NCBI GenBank assembly: GCA_963825055.1
Contig: CAWGSK010000012.1
Span: forward strand, 32,001 to 96,000
From: an uncultured Gemmatimonadales bacterium
GTDB lineage: Bacteria > Gemmatimonadota > Gemmatimonadetes > Gemmatimonadales > GWC2-71-9
Direction of reading: 5' to 3'
DNA: 64,000 nucleotides
Shown: piece by piece, positions 10,766 through 20,606 of the stretch
How positions within the stretch are numbered: position 1 is the stretch's first letter
Layout: each line of letters begins with the position of its first letter
Translations under genes and position numbers: made by a program
Notes under the pieces: model-generated
Databases searched by the model: none
What the model was told of the DNA's origin: nothing
The model's input: only the letters and a program-made list of their open reading frames with translations

Positions 10766-11256
10766 ACCCGGTCACCATTGAGATTCTCGCCGCCGGTGTG
10801 CTGGGCCTTACCGTGCTCTGGCTCGTGCTCAGCCCGTTCCTCGCCGGATCGAAGCCTGCCCGGATCATCCTCGAACCGCCGCTTCCGGAGGAGACCGCCC
10901 GGGGCCAGGCCCTCATCGCGCTCAAGGAGATCGAGTTCGACCGCGAAACGGGCAAGCTCTCGGACGAAGACTACGAGATGCTGAAGGCCCGGTACACCGC
11001 CCGGGCCCTCCAGGCGATCCGGGAGGAGCCCGGAGCCGCCGGACCGGCAGCCGCTCCCGCGCCCTCCGGAGCTACTGCCGGGGCCGAGGTGGCGGCGGTC
11101 TGCCCGAATTGCGGCCCGCGACCCGAAGAGGACGCCGCCTTCTGCTCTTCGTGCGGCACCCGTCTTTCCACCGGTCGCGATTGCCGCGGCTGCGGAGCCG
11201 CCGTGTCGCCCGACGCCAGCTTCTGCGAGGCCTGCGGGCAACCTGTGGCGGCCTGA
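10762..11256 (+). CDS. Membrane-anchored double zinc-ribbon protein (N-terminus resembles CcmI-type proteins)
   Basis: N-terminal TM; LKEIEFDRETGKLSDEDYEMLKARY motif; four CxxC pairs at C-terminus. Confidence 0.65.
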   Translation: MNPVTIEILAAGVLGLTVLWLVLSPFLAGSKPARIILEPPLPEETARGQALIALKEIEFDRETGKLSDEDYEMLKARYTARALQAIREEPGAAGPAAAPAPSGATAGAEVAAVCPNCGPRPEEDAAFCSSCGTRLSTGRDCRGCGAAVSPDASFCEACGQPVAA

Positions 11257-11323
11257 GCCGGCGCTTCAGGCAGGGGAACGGCAGGTGTCAGGGGCCGGGG
11301 AGCAATCCCCGGCCCTGCGTGCG

Positions 11324-12586
11324 TCAGTGCATCGTGAGCGTGAGCCACCCGTTCGTCACGCTGTCCTGCCCCTTCACGATCCAGTTGGCGCCGGCATGGT
11401 ACTCGCCCGCGACGACGTCCTCGATGGCATTGCCGATCAGGTCATCATCACTGTGCAGGAATGAGGCGAGTGCCCGGATCAGCCGGAGTATGGCCGGTGC
11501 CGCCTTCCAGACCCGCTTGAGCCCCTGTTCGGACGAGGAGCCGCCCGAGAGGTCGCGGAGGAGCCCCGGGAGGGAGCCGACGAGCTCGGTGAACTCGTCC
11601 GGTTCCACCTTGATCTCGCACGGTGTGTCATCGTCTTCCACGGCGAAGACCCGCAGGCTCTTGCCGGGGTGCTCGATCTGGTACGTGTCGATCTGCCCCT
11701 GGGTGAAAAGGAGCACGTTGCCGGTCCAGTCCAGACTGTTCTGGTCATACGTGTACGGACCGCTCGCCTTTTCGCCCGCGCACTGCCAGGTGCGGAGCGA
11801 GTCGGTGTCGCCTGACTGGCCGAGGATGTGGATCTCGAACTCGGGATTGCCGCGAAGCCACCCCTCGAACGTCTGCACGAAATGCGCGCTCGTCATGTAC
11901 AGTCCCGGCGTCGGGCTCGTTACCGGCGGCTTGACGCCGCCGCCTCCCCCACCGCTGCCGCCGCCGGATCCGTCCCCGTCGCAGGTATCAAGGGTACAGG
12001 TGGCCCGGGCAGGCCCGGCATCGAAATCCGTCTCCACCGGAACGAGGGCGATCACGGGTGTATCGGGCGGCCGGAGCGGGTCGAGCAGCATGCGGGTGCC
12101 GCGGGTGTCAAACGCAACCGGCACGTCCCCGTCTCGCAGGGCCGTCGCGACGAGCACGTCCGGACCTCCGTCCCATCGGGCACGGTGGGCGGGGACGGGG
12201 AGATAGAGTTCCAGCGGTGTGGTGGCGCGCGCGAGCGCCTGGACACTCAACTCGGGAGCACCGCTCGCCCGGGCGATGCTGCGTGTCGCGCCGGTGGCCG
12301 GGGAGGCCAGGTAGCGCTGGAAGTGGAGCTTGTGCTCGCGGATGGGCGAGGCGTCCAGACTCCGCCTGAGGGACGAGCGGAACTCCGGCTGGCCCAGGGC
12401 GATGGCGGTCTGCCGTGCGAGGGCCTCCATGTTGGCGGCCTGGGCCCGTGCCGCGGGGGATGGGGCTGGGCGCGCCGCGCGGGACGGGCCGGTGAGGGAA
12501 CTTGGCGCCTGGGGCAGTTCGCGGTCCGTGCAGGCGAGTGCGGCCACCCCGAACAGCAGGACCAGGAACTTGGAGGAACAGGACAT
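11324..12586 (-). CDS. Hypothetical lipoprotein (possibly DUF3103-like)
   Basis: AAGGAGG RBS before ATG 12586; lipobox ALA-C; Gly-rich linker; FEGWLRGNPEFEI segment. The ORF-track extension upstream is a repeat artefact. Confidence 0.6.
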   Translation of the reverse strand: MSCSSKFLVLLFGVAALACTDRELPQAPSSLTGPSRAARPAPSPAARAQAANMEALARQTAIALGQPEFRSSLRRSLDASPIREHKLHFQRYLASPATGATRSIARASGAPELSVQALARATTPLELYLPVPAHRARWDGGPDVLVATALRDGDVPVAFDTRGTRMLLDPLRPPDTPVIALVPVETDFDAGPARATCTLDTCDGDGSGGGSGGGGGGVKPPVTSPTPGLYMTSAHFVQTFEGWLRGNPEFEIHILGQSGDTDSLRTWQCAGEKASGPYTYDQNSLDWTGNVLLFTQGQIDTYQIEHPGKSLRVFAVEDDDTPCEIKVEPDEFTELVGSLPGLLRDLSGGSSSEQGLKRVWKAAPAILRLIRALASFLHSDDDLIGNAIEDVVAGEYHAGANWIVKGQDSVTNGWLTLTMH

Positions 12587-12677
12587 GACGCCTCCTTGGC
12601 GTTGGTGTGGGCGCCAAGGTAGGACGCGAAGGGGCGCGTGCCGTGACCGGGGAAGCGCGGGCGGGGGGCGAAAAAGC

Positions 12678-12870
12678 AGTGACTGGTGATTGGTGACTAG
12701 TGATTGGTGCTTGGGCGGTGAGTATCTTCGCGACTGCCGACTGCCGACTGCCGACTGCCGACTGCCGACTGCCGACTGCCGACTGCCGACTGCGACTGCC
12801 GACTGCCGACTGCCGACTGCCGACTGCCGACTGCCGACACCCGACTCTCGACACCCGACTCCCGACGCCC
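12678..12870. repeat. Intergenic heptamer tandem repeats (RGTGAYT x~4, then CCGACTG x~15 with a degenerate tail)
   Basis: Read directly: agtgact ggtgatt ggtgact agtgatt; (ccgactg)n from 12731 to 12838. Confidence 0.95.
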
Positions 12871-12888
12871 TGTTCACTATCTTCCATC

Positions 12889-13848
12889 ATGATTTCTCTC
12901 CCCGAACTCGAATCCTCTGCCGCCTTCATTCACGAAATCATCGGCTCCACGCCGCAGTACGACTGGCCGCTCCTGGCGGAACGGTGTGGGTGCGAGGTGT
13001 GGGTGAAGCACGAGAACTACACTCCCATCGGGGCGTTCAAGGTCCGGGGAGGCCTGGTCTACCTCGACGCCCTCATGCGACAGGGCGGGGCCGCGGGCGT
13101 TATCACCGCGACCAGGGGGAACCACGGGCAGAGTATCGGGTATGCCGCCCGCCGCCTCGGCCTCCGCGTGGTGATGGTGGTGCCGCACGGCAACAGTATG
13201 GAGAAGAACGCCGCCATGCGGGCGCTCGGGGTCGAGCTGGTGGAGGAGGGGCACGATTTCCAGGCGGCCGCGGAGCACGCGCGCGAGCAGGCCCGCGAGG
13301 AGGGGTTGCACCTTATCCCGTCGTTCCATCCGTTGCTGGTGCGCGGCGTGGCGAGCTATGCGCTGGAGTTCTTTCGCGGGGCTCCGGAACTCGACACGGT
13401 GTACGTGCCGGTCGGTATGGGGTCGGGGATCTGCGGGGTGATCGCCGCCCGCAACGCCCTGGGCCTGGAAACGCGGATCGTCGGGGTGGTGGCGGCCCAG
13501 GCTCCCGCCTACGCCATCAGCTTCCGGAACCGCGAGCTCTTCTCCACGACCACGGCCGACACCATGGCGGATGGCCTCGCCTGCCGCGTGCCCGACCCGG
13601 AGGCGTTCGCGGTGATCCTGCACGGGGTGGAGCGGATGGTGACCGTGTCGGACGACGACATCATGCGTGCCATGCGGATTTACCTCACGGACACGCACAA
13701 CGTGGCGGAGGGGGCCGGAGCAGCACCGCTGGCCGCACTGCTCGGCGAGCGAACCCGCATGCGGGGCCGGCGCGTGGGCGTGGTGCTCTCCGGGGGGAAC
13801 GTGGACCGCTCGGTCTATGCCGACATCCTCGCGCCCGCCGGGAGTTGA
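12889..13848 (+). CDS. PLP-dependent threonine/serine dehydratase family protein
   Basis: KHENYTPIGAFKVRGG (PLP lysine), ATRGNHGQS, VPVGMGSG, VLSGGN. Confidence 0.9.
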   Translation: MISLPELESSAAFIHEIIGSTPQYDWPLLAERCGCEVWVKHENYTPIGAFKVRGGLVYLDALMRQGGAAGVITATRGNHGQSIGYAARRLGLRVVMVVPHGNSMEKNAAMRALGVELVEEGHDFQAAAEHAREQAREEGLHLIPSFHPLLVRGVASYALEFFRGAPELDTVYVPVGMGSGICGVIAARNALGLETRIVGVVAAQAPAYAISFRNRELFSTTTADTMADGLACRVPDPEAFAVILHGVERMVTVSDDDIMRAMRIYLTDTHNVAEGAGAAPLAALLGERTRMRGRRVGVVLSGGNVDRSVYADILAPAGS

Positions 13849-14631
13849 TCAGGGCCGGATGATGAGGGCCGTCCGCCCGATGCCGAAGTTGGCCCGCGCC
13901 GGGTCGGCCGCCGTGACCTCGAGCAGCCAGGACCCGGCCTGTGGAACGCGCAGCTCACCCGCGTACAGGCTTCCGCCGCCCGTGTAGGCGAGCGGGACGG
14001 CGTCAGTGACGCGGTCCCCCTGGCGGAACCGGGCCAGGACGGTCCCCGCCCGCCAGAGCTCTCCCTCGCCCGTGGGACAACTGCAGAGCATCCTGACCCG
14101 GGCCTGGACCGTGATCCGCTGCCCCGCCTTTGCTGTCCTGGGGCTTGCCTGGCTCGCCGGGCTCGTGATCTCGACGATGTAGCCGTGCAGGTCCATGACA
14201 ATCCCGTCGCCGGCAACGTCCTGTCCCGGGAAGAGCAGCACGGTCGTGACCGCGGTGGCGGCTGCCTCCGGATAGGCGAGGGGCCCGTGAGCCCGTACTT
14301 CCACGAGCGTGGGCTGGGAGAGCGGAATCGTCGCCCGGAACGCGGCAGCGCCATCGGTCGTGAACACGAGCGAGTCACGTATCCGTGGCTCGACCATGAT
14401 CCGGCGCGTGTCGCCGGTGCCACCGGAATGCAGGCCCTGGGCCAGAACCTCACCAGTCTCGGCGTTCGTGATGGTGACATGTGCCCCGCCCACGGCCGAG
14501 CCGATCAGCTTCGCATCATGCGCGACGACGTGGACGACGACGGTGGTCGGGGTGGCCTGGGACGCGAGGGTGGTGGGGAGTGCAGCCGTCACGAGCGCGA
14601 GAGTGACCAGGGAAGTTCTTCCGGCGGGCAT
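13849..14631 (-). CDS. Hypothetical secreted protein
   Basis: Signal peptide, beta-rich body, MLCSCP motif, normal high-GC codon usage. Confidence 0.6.
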   Translation of the reverse strand: MPAGRTSLVTLALVTAALPTTLASQATPTTVVVHVVAHDAKLIGSAVGGAHVTITNAETGEVLAQGLHSGGTGDTRRIMVEPRIRDSLVFTTDGAAAFRATIPLSQPTLVEVRAHGPLAYPEAAATAVTTVLLFPGQDVAGDGIVMDLHGYIVEITSPASQASPRTAKAGQRITVQARVRMLCSCPTGEGELWRAGTVLARFRQGDRVTDAVPLAYTGGGSLYAGELRVPQAGSWLLEVTAADPARANFGIGRTALIIRP

Positions 14632-14749
14632 GGACTACTCCATCGACGGGACCTCAGAAACCTAACTGGCGGCCCTTGGGTAGCGTGGTGGGGGTAGGGG
14701 GGAGGGGTTGAGAGGATGAGTAGCGGACAGTGGCGCTGGGGGATATCGC

Positions 14750-16099
14750 GTGAGCGAGATCATCGGAGGCGTGGAGTATGACAACAGATCGAACTGGTGC
14801 GTCCGAAGAATGGCGGAGTGGACATGGCGCGAAGGCAGCCAAGCATGTTGGCGGCGGCGACCTGCCCCTGTCGCTGGGCACGGCCCAGTGTTCGACGCAA
14901 CGGATCCCAGTCAACGGATCAGGGTATCTGGCCGAGTCCCTGCGCCAGATCTCCGGCACCTGGTCGCCAGGAACCGTCCCACAATGCCTTGTCCACGGCC
15001 AGGCCCGCGCTCGGCGAGGCGCAGCTCCGGCCGGACACCAACCGCGACTAGCACCAGGTCTGCCGGTAATTCGGTCTCGTCTCTAACTGGACGGAGGACG
15101 GTGTGATCTCTTGACAGTGCGTTGTAGATGGAAGGACACTACGTGACTGCGGTGCTGGGCTAGGAGAGAAACGCTGAGTTCAGGGCACAGCAAGCGCGCG
15201 AAGGGGATGGCGTCACGGCCGATGACGCTGACCGCGAGGCACGGCTCGCAGGGCTGCGGCGGCCTCGAGGCCGATGAATCCGGTACCGATGATGACCACC
15301 CGTGGCTTGGATTCGGCCCGCGCCACGATCGAGCGGCAGTCGCTGAGCGAACGCAGGACATGTACATGAGGTAAGCCGACCCCGGGCAGGGCGGGCCGCA
15401 CCGGGGTAGCGCCGGTTGCCAGCAACAGGGCTCCCAGGACAGTGAACGCCCGTCTCGAGTTGTACCGAACGTTCCATTGGCTGGATGGCTTCGACGCGCG
15501 CCTCCAGTCGATCCACGCCGAGATCGGAATAAAGGTGCGCGTCGAAAGCGGGAGCTATTCCGCCGGCGCTGAACCTGCCAGGAAGTCCTTCGAGAGGTTG
15601 GGACGGTCGTACGGCGCCTCTGGATCCGGATCGACCAGGGCAAGGGGCCCCGGTACCCTCCGGACCGGAGGGCCTCCACCGCGGCGCTGCCTGCCGCACC
15701 CGCGCCCACGACGACGATCGAGGCAGGGGATGCCGTCGGCGGGTCGGCGACCGGGGGCGGAACCACCCGCTCGGCCAGATAGACGCGGCCATACGGATGG
15801 TGGTCTTCCAGGCCGGAACGTCGCGCAGGGCAGGGGCGCGCAGGGTCCGCCCGCTCCGGAGCGAGAAGCACGCGTGATGCCAGGGGCAGCGACGGTGTCC
15901 CCCACGAGAAGTCCTTCGGCCAGGGGGCCGCCGTAGTGGCTGCATGTCGCACCAATGGCAAAGATCTCGGCGCCACGGCGTACCAGCATGACCGGGGCTT
16001 CACCGAAGCGGCGAGGAACGGCTGCCCGTCCTCGAGTGCCGCGAGGGGGATTCCCCCGGCGAGGTCGGGTCCCTGCGGCGGCGATGCATCTCCGGACAT
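14750..16099 (-). pseudogene. Rieske 2Fe-2S / FAD-dependent ferredoxin reductase fusion, multiply frameshifted
   Basis: Fragments in shifting frames: CSHYGGPLAEG, VVVGAGAAG, PYDRPNLSKDFL, LATGA, IIGTGFIGLEAAAAL, ELPADLVLVAVGVRP, EHWAV. Confidence 0.85.
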
Positions 16100-16129
16100 G
16101 GCCAGCTCCTGCGTGAGCAGAGGTGAGCA

Positions 16130-16469
16130 CTACCTGACCCGCAATGTACCGCGCATTACCGGATGGAACCGGCAGAAGTACAGTTCGGCTCCCGAGCTGG
16201 GGACGACATACGACCAGGCCAGGCCGCCTGCGATGGCCCCTGAGTCCCACGTGCTGTCGGTGGCTGTGGCCGTATGCGGGACCGCGTCCCGATTGATGAA
16301 CCACACGGTGTCCCCTGGTTCTGCTTCGATTGCTTCGGGATGGAATCGGAAGTTCTCGATCATGACCATGCGGGCTTCCGGGGGCCGGCTCCGGCGGGGC
16401 CCGCCCGTGGCGAGCCCACTGTGCGGGCCCGGGGGATTCAAGCCAATGGGAGACGTATGCGCCCGTCAT
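16130..16469 (-). CDS. Cupredoxin (amicyanin/plastocyanin-like); N-terminus probably frameshifted
   Basis: F.F.PE.I....GDTV.F.N.D.VPHT and YFCRFHPVMRG type-1 copper ligands. Confidence 0.8.
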
Positions 16470-16999
16470 TTGGCGGCGCCGAGGGCGGTCGCGAGGCGGC
16501 GCGCATGTTCCAGATGCGCGGCGATCGCCGGTCGGACGCTGGTCAGCAGATCACGAAGTTCGCTGTTGGATGCTTCCGGGATCAGGAGCCCGTCGAGCGC
16601 GTCGAGTACGGCTTGATGGTACGCGACTTCCCGGGTGATGTAGGCGCGGTCGAACGCCGGCCCCTTCAATGCGGCGAGCTGTATCCGGACGCTGTTGGCA
16701 GAGGCCTGCAGGGAGGCGCTGACCGGATTGGACTGCGGCGTCACACCCAGCCGGCCGGCAAGGAGGGCGGCCTGCTTGTTCACGGCGGTGTGGTCGGTGA
16801 TCATCGTCCTGGCGAAGTTCCCGACGTCGGCGCTGGCGGCCCGCGTCGCGGCAAGTCCCGCCATGTCCACGTCAATGGCGTTGGCGGTGACCGCGACATG
16901 CGCGATCTCCGCGTCGTTGAGCTTGGGAGTCTGGCCCGCCAGGGCTGCGGGAGCGAGCGTCAGCAGCAGGATGCTCAGGGGGATGCGTGGGAATGCCAT
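16466..16999 (-). CDS. DUF4142 family secreted ferritin-like protein
   Basis: Signal peptide; FARTMITDH, AFDRAYI...V.YH, HLEHA motifs. Confidence 0.8.
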   Translation of the reverse strand: MAFPRIPLSILLLTLAPAALAGQTPKLNDAEIAHVAVTANAIDVDMAGLAATRAASADVGNFARTMITDHTAVNKQAALLAGRLGVTPQSNPVSASLQASANSVRIQLAALKGPAFDRAYITREVAYHQAVLDALDGLLIPEASNSELRDLLTSVRPAIAAHLEHARRLATALGAAK

Positions 17000-17053
17000 G
17001 GGACGACCTCTGGAGACAGGGTAAATCCGGCCTTGGGGTGTGCCGGTGTGACC

Positions 17054-17108
17054 AGTCTAGTCGATGAATCATACTTTGTCAATAAATTACTTGAAATACT
17101 AGACAAAG
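17054..17108. promoter_or_regulatory. AT-rich divergent promoter/operator with inverted repeats
   Basis: CTTTGTC (17074) ... GACAAAG (17102) and a nested TCAA-N8-TTGA between the divergent DUF4142 and regulator genes. Confidence 0.5.
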
Positions 17109-17146
17109 CCTTCAGCGGACAGTAAATTGTGACCCGGGAGGTATTC

Positions 17147-17790
17147 ATGAACTGGTTTGAGGAGTTTCTCGGCGAGACCCGGGCTCGCATCGTGACCATG
17201 CTCCGACGGTCGTCGGCGAGCATCGCCGAGCTGGCGTCCCGGCTGCACATCACGGGAAACGCCGTCCGCGGCCATGTGGCCTCCCTGCAGGCCGGGGGAC
17301 TGGTTCGCGTGGCGGGCACGGCGCCGTCAGGCGGCGGGAAGCCTGCGCACCTTTACGACATTACCCTGCGGGCGGAAGAGCTCTTTCCCAAGGCCTATGT
17401 CCTGATGCTGGGCGAGATGGTCCGGTCGCTCAAGGCGAGAGACGGGCAGGAGCGCACCCGGGAACTCCTCCGGCAGGTGGGCGCGGCGGCCGTGCCCGAA
17501 GGGGCCACCGGGGGTCGTGCCCTTGAAGCGAGAGTGCAGGCTGCCGCCCGGGTGCTCCAGTCCATCGGGGGCGATGTCGAGGTGAACCGGCTGCCGGACG
17601 GTTGGGAGATCCGGGGCCATGGTTGCCCGCTCTCCGCCGTTGTGCTGGTCGAGCCCGACGCCTGCGCGGTGGCGCAGGGTCTGGTCGGCGAGGTGACGGG
17701 GACGCCGGTGGTCGAGCGCTGCGATCGCAGTGACCGTGCGCGCTGCGTGTTTTTCGTTGCTGCTACGCCGGAGCCGACAGTCGCTCCGGA
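17147..17790 (+). CDS. Winged-HTH transcriptional regulator, SufR-like (COG2345 type); true stop uncertain (ORF reads on to 18145 antisense to ltaE)
   Basis: N-terminal HTH (SIAELASRLHITGNAVRGHV, GGKPAHLY); C-terminal Cys cluster (GCPL, C, C, C). Confidence 0.75.
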
Positions 17791-18788
17791 CGGCGGCGAC
17801 GGCCAGGTCGATGCCTTCCTGGTCCACGTCCAGGTGGGTGACGGCCCGGACCAGGCCGTCACCCACCACGGACACACGCACGCCGTACTCCTCCAGAAGC
17901 TGCCGGACGAAGCCTCCGGCATCGCCCGCCAGCCCGAACACGACGATGTTCGTCTGGACATGCTCCGGGTCGAGGCTGACGCCTGGCAGGTCCGCGATGC
18001 CTTCCGCGAACCGGCGCGCGTTCGCGTGATCCTCGGCGAGGCGCTCCACGTTGTGATCGAGAGCATAGCAGGCCCGCCGCAGCGAGAATACCGGTCTGGC
18101 GCATGGCGCCGCCCAGCCGCTGCTTCCAGGTCCAGGCAGCCGTAATGAACTCGCGGCTCCCTGCCAGTACCGCGCCCACCGGCGCGCCGAGTCCCTTGCT
18201 CAGGTCGATCCAGACGGAATCGAATCCGGCCGCGAAATCGGCGGCCGGCGTTCCCGTCGCCACCACCGCGTTGAGCAGGCGTGCCCCGTCCATGTGGGTG
18301 GCCAGCCCGACCTCCCGTGCCACCGACACGACATCATCGACCTGGGCCTTCGACCAGCAGGCGCCACCCCCGATGTTGGTCGTCTGCTCCACGCTCACCG
18401 CACGGCTGACAGGATACTGGCGATGGACCCTCCGGAGCCCGGCGCGGAGCTGCTCGCCCGTGAAAATCCCCCGCGTGCCCTCGAGCGGACGGATCATCAC
18501 GCCGAAGAGCGCCGGACCCCCCGCTTCGTAGTTGAGCGGGTGGGCCATCCGGTCCATCAGGATCTCGTCCCCTGCCCGGCAGTGTACCGCGAAGGAGACC
18601 TGGTTGCACATGGCGCCGGAGGGGAGGAAGACCGCCGCCTCCTTGCCGAGGAGCTCCGCCACGCGTTCCTGCAGCCGGTTGGTGGTCGGGTCCTCGCCGC
18701 GCTGCTCGTCCCCCACCTCCGCGCGCGCCATCGCCTGGCGCATGGCTTCGGTAGGGCGGGTCATGGTGTCGGAGAAGAGGTCGATCAT
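17763..18788 (-). CDS. ltaE: Low-specificity L-threonine aldolase (two apparent frameshifts, near 18065 and 17785)
   Basis: IDLFSDT.T.PT, HMDGARL, LSKGLGAPVG, GGAMRQ; the C-terminal part (RLAEDHANA...RAVTHLDV) lies in another frame. Confidence 0.85.
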
Positions 18789-18790
18789 GG

Positions 18791-18900
18791 GAAGAACGGG
18801 GAAGAGGGGACAGGGAACAGCGAACAGTGAATGGCCAGTGGCAAGTGGTAAGCGGCAAATCGTCGGGGATGACACGAGACTCCCACTCGCCACTCACCGC
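18791..18900. repeat. Degenerate intergenic heptamer repeats
   Basis: gggacag ggaacag cgaacag tgaatgg ccagtgg caagtgg taagcgg ... ccactcg ccactca. Confidence 0.6.
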
Positions 18901-18902
18901 CC

Positions 18903-20606
18903 TCAGAACTCCATCTTCTTCATCCGGCTCAGGGCAATCCGGAGCGGTACCAGCGTGGCCGCGGTGCAGAGCATGGCCACTGCCCCCAGGGAGCCGACCA
19001 GGGCGCCATCGAGCGGCAGCTCCCGGTGGTACTCCCGGGCCCGCAGGTACAGCATCACCGGCCGCGCCTCCATGCTGATCACCACCGCGAGCAGCCCGAC
19101 CGCGCTCATCATGAGCAGCAGTCCACCGAAACTCGTGGGGATCTGTGCCGCGTTCTCCGATTCGAACTGCGGAAACAGCACCCCGAACATGAGAGCCAGG
19201 GCGCAGAGGGCAAACGTCAGGAACACCGTCGTTCCCAGGCTCACGGCCATCATGAACGGGGAGACCCGGAGCAGGGTATTGGTGAGAATCGTGATGATGA
19301 CGGCCAGCAGGAGCAGGGGAATCGTCCCGATCCAGTACTTGCTCCAGAGCAGCGCCCGCAGGTCAAGCGGCGTGGAGCGAAGGAGCCACATCTGTTTTCC
19401 CTCGAGGGAGAACGACGGAAAGATGAACCGTGCGGCGATGGCAGCGAGCACGAAGCCCGCGAGCCCCATGTTCAGGAACGCCACTATGGTCACCAGGAAG
19501 AACGGGACGCGCTCGCCGCTGAAGAGCGGGAGTGCCCTGATGTTGAACAGGTAGACGATCACCAGCACGCCAAGGAGGATGAGCTGGCTCCATTGGGTGG
19601 AGTCGCGGAAGAAGAGCCGGACGTCCTTGACCAGGAGCTCGCGCCGCAACGCGCCGAGGGGGCGCAGCAGCGCGTTCAGCCGCCGCCAGGTCGGCGTCCG
19701 GCGACGCTGGTTGGCTCCTTCCTGCGCCCGGGTGTAGCCGGCCGTGTACCACCGGTAGTGGAAGGCCGCGCCGAAGACCACGAATGCGCCGGCGGTAGTC
19801 CAGAGCAGCGCGATGGGGAGCGGATCGGACACCCGGAGCAGCCAGTTCATCACCATCTGTGATGCCCACTCGCTCGGCAGGAACGGGTTGGTGGGCGCCT
19901 GCAGCACGGCGATGAAGTCCATCAGGTTCTGGAAGCCTTCGGGGCGCACCAGCTGCTCCGGCCGGATGATACGGAGCAGCAGCACGAGGCCGCCGACCAC
20001 GCCGATGGCCACCAGCCCGAGCAGGTCACGGGTCCGGCGGGCGGGGAAGACGTTCACCAGCAGCAGTGTGAGCGCGCTCCCGACCACGGCCGGCATCAGG
20101 AGCAGGGGGACCAGCGCCCCCGTCACCACGAAGGGGAAGAGCATGCCGCCGTCGTAGACGAGTCCGTAGGCGGTGAAGATCGGGACGGCGAGCAGCACCA
20201 CCATCCAGGAGGAGTGCACGGCGGTCTCGAACAGCTTGGCGAGGTAGACCCGGAGCCAGTCCACTGGCGCGGAGACCAGGAGGTCGAGATCGCGTGCCAG
20301 GAAGAAGGTGCTGAGGGAACTGATCAGGTTGGAGAGAAGGAGAATCGTCAGGAAGGCCAGCAGCACGAGGCCGAGGACCTTCCCCGCCAGGAGCGTCCCG
20401 ATATCCCGGGTACCCTGCAGGCTCCGCAGGACCCGCCATGCGATCCCGAACACGGTGAGCCAGAAGATCCCGCCGATGATCGTGAAGAGGATCACCTTGC
20501 CCGCGGCATCGCGGCTCCCCTGCCGGCTCCGCGCCAGGAGGCTCCGCCACTTGGGCGTGAGGATGGTCCAGAGGCCGGGCTGGGTCCGGACCAGGCCCTC
20601 AGCCAT
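18903..20606 (-). CDS. Putative ABC-2 type exporter permease
   Basis: Many TM helices; DLDLLVSAPV and SLEGKQMWLLRSTP motifs; follows the ABC ATPase gene. Confidence 0.8.
   Translation of the reverse strand: MAEGLVRTQPGLWTILTPKWRSLLARSRQGSRDAAGKVILFTIIGGIFWLTVFGIAWRVLRSLQGTRDIGTLLAGKVLGLVLLAFLTILLLSNLISSLSTFFLARDLDLLVSAPVDWLRVYLAKLFETAVHSSWMVVLLAVPIFTAYGLVYDGGMLFPFVVTGALVPLLLMPAVVGSALTLLLVNVFPARRTRDLLGLVAIGVVGGLVLLLRIIRPEQLVRPEGFQNLMDFIAVLQAPTNPFLPSEWASQMVMNWLLRVSDPLPIALLWTTAGAFVVFGAAFHYRWYTAGYTRAQEGANQRRRTPTWRRLNALLRPLGALRRELLVKDVRLFFRDSTQWSQLILLGVLVIVYLFNIRALPLFSGERVPFFLVTIVAFLNMGLAGFVLAAIAARFIFPSFSLEGKQMWLLRSTPLDLRALLWSKYWIGTIPLLLLAVIITILTNTLLRVSPFMMAVSLGTTVFLTFALCALALMFGVLFPQFESENAAQIPTSFGGLLLMMSAVGLLAVVISMEARPVMLYLRAREYHRELPLDGALVGSLGAVAMLCTAATLVPLRIALSRMKKMEF

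Noticed and set aside
12731..12870. Tandem repeats as a possible CRISPR array, or as coding repeats (TADCRLP / SRQSAVG)
   Set aside because: The 7-bp units have no spacers and there are no cas genes. The peptide repeats come from ORF callers reading through non-coding repeats.
17790..18145. Long C-terminal extension of the HTH regulator
   Set aside because: It is the antisense of ltaE and probably results from an indel or missing stop near 17.77 kb.
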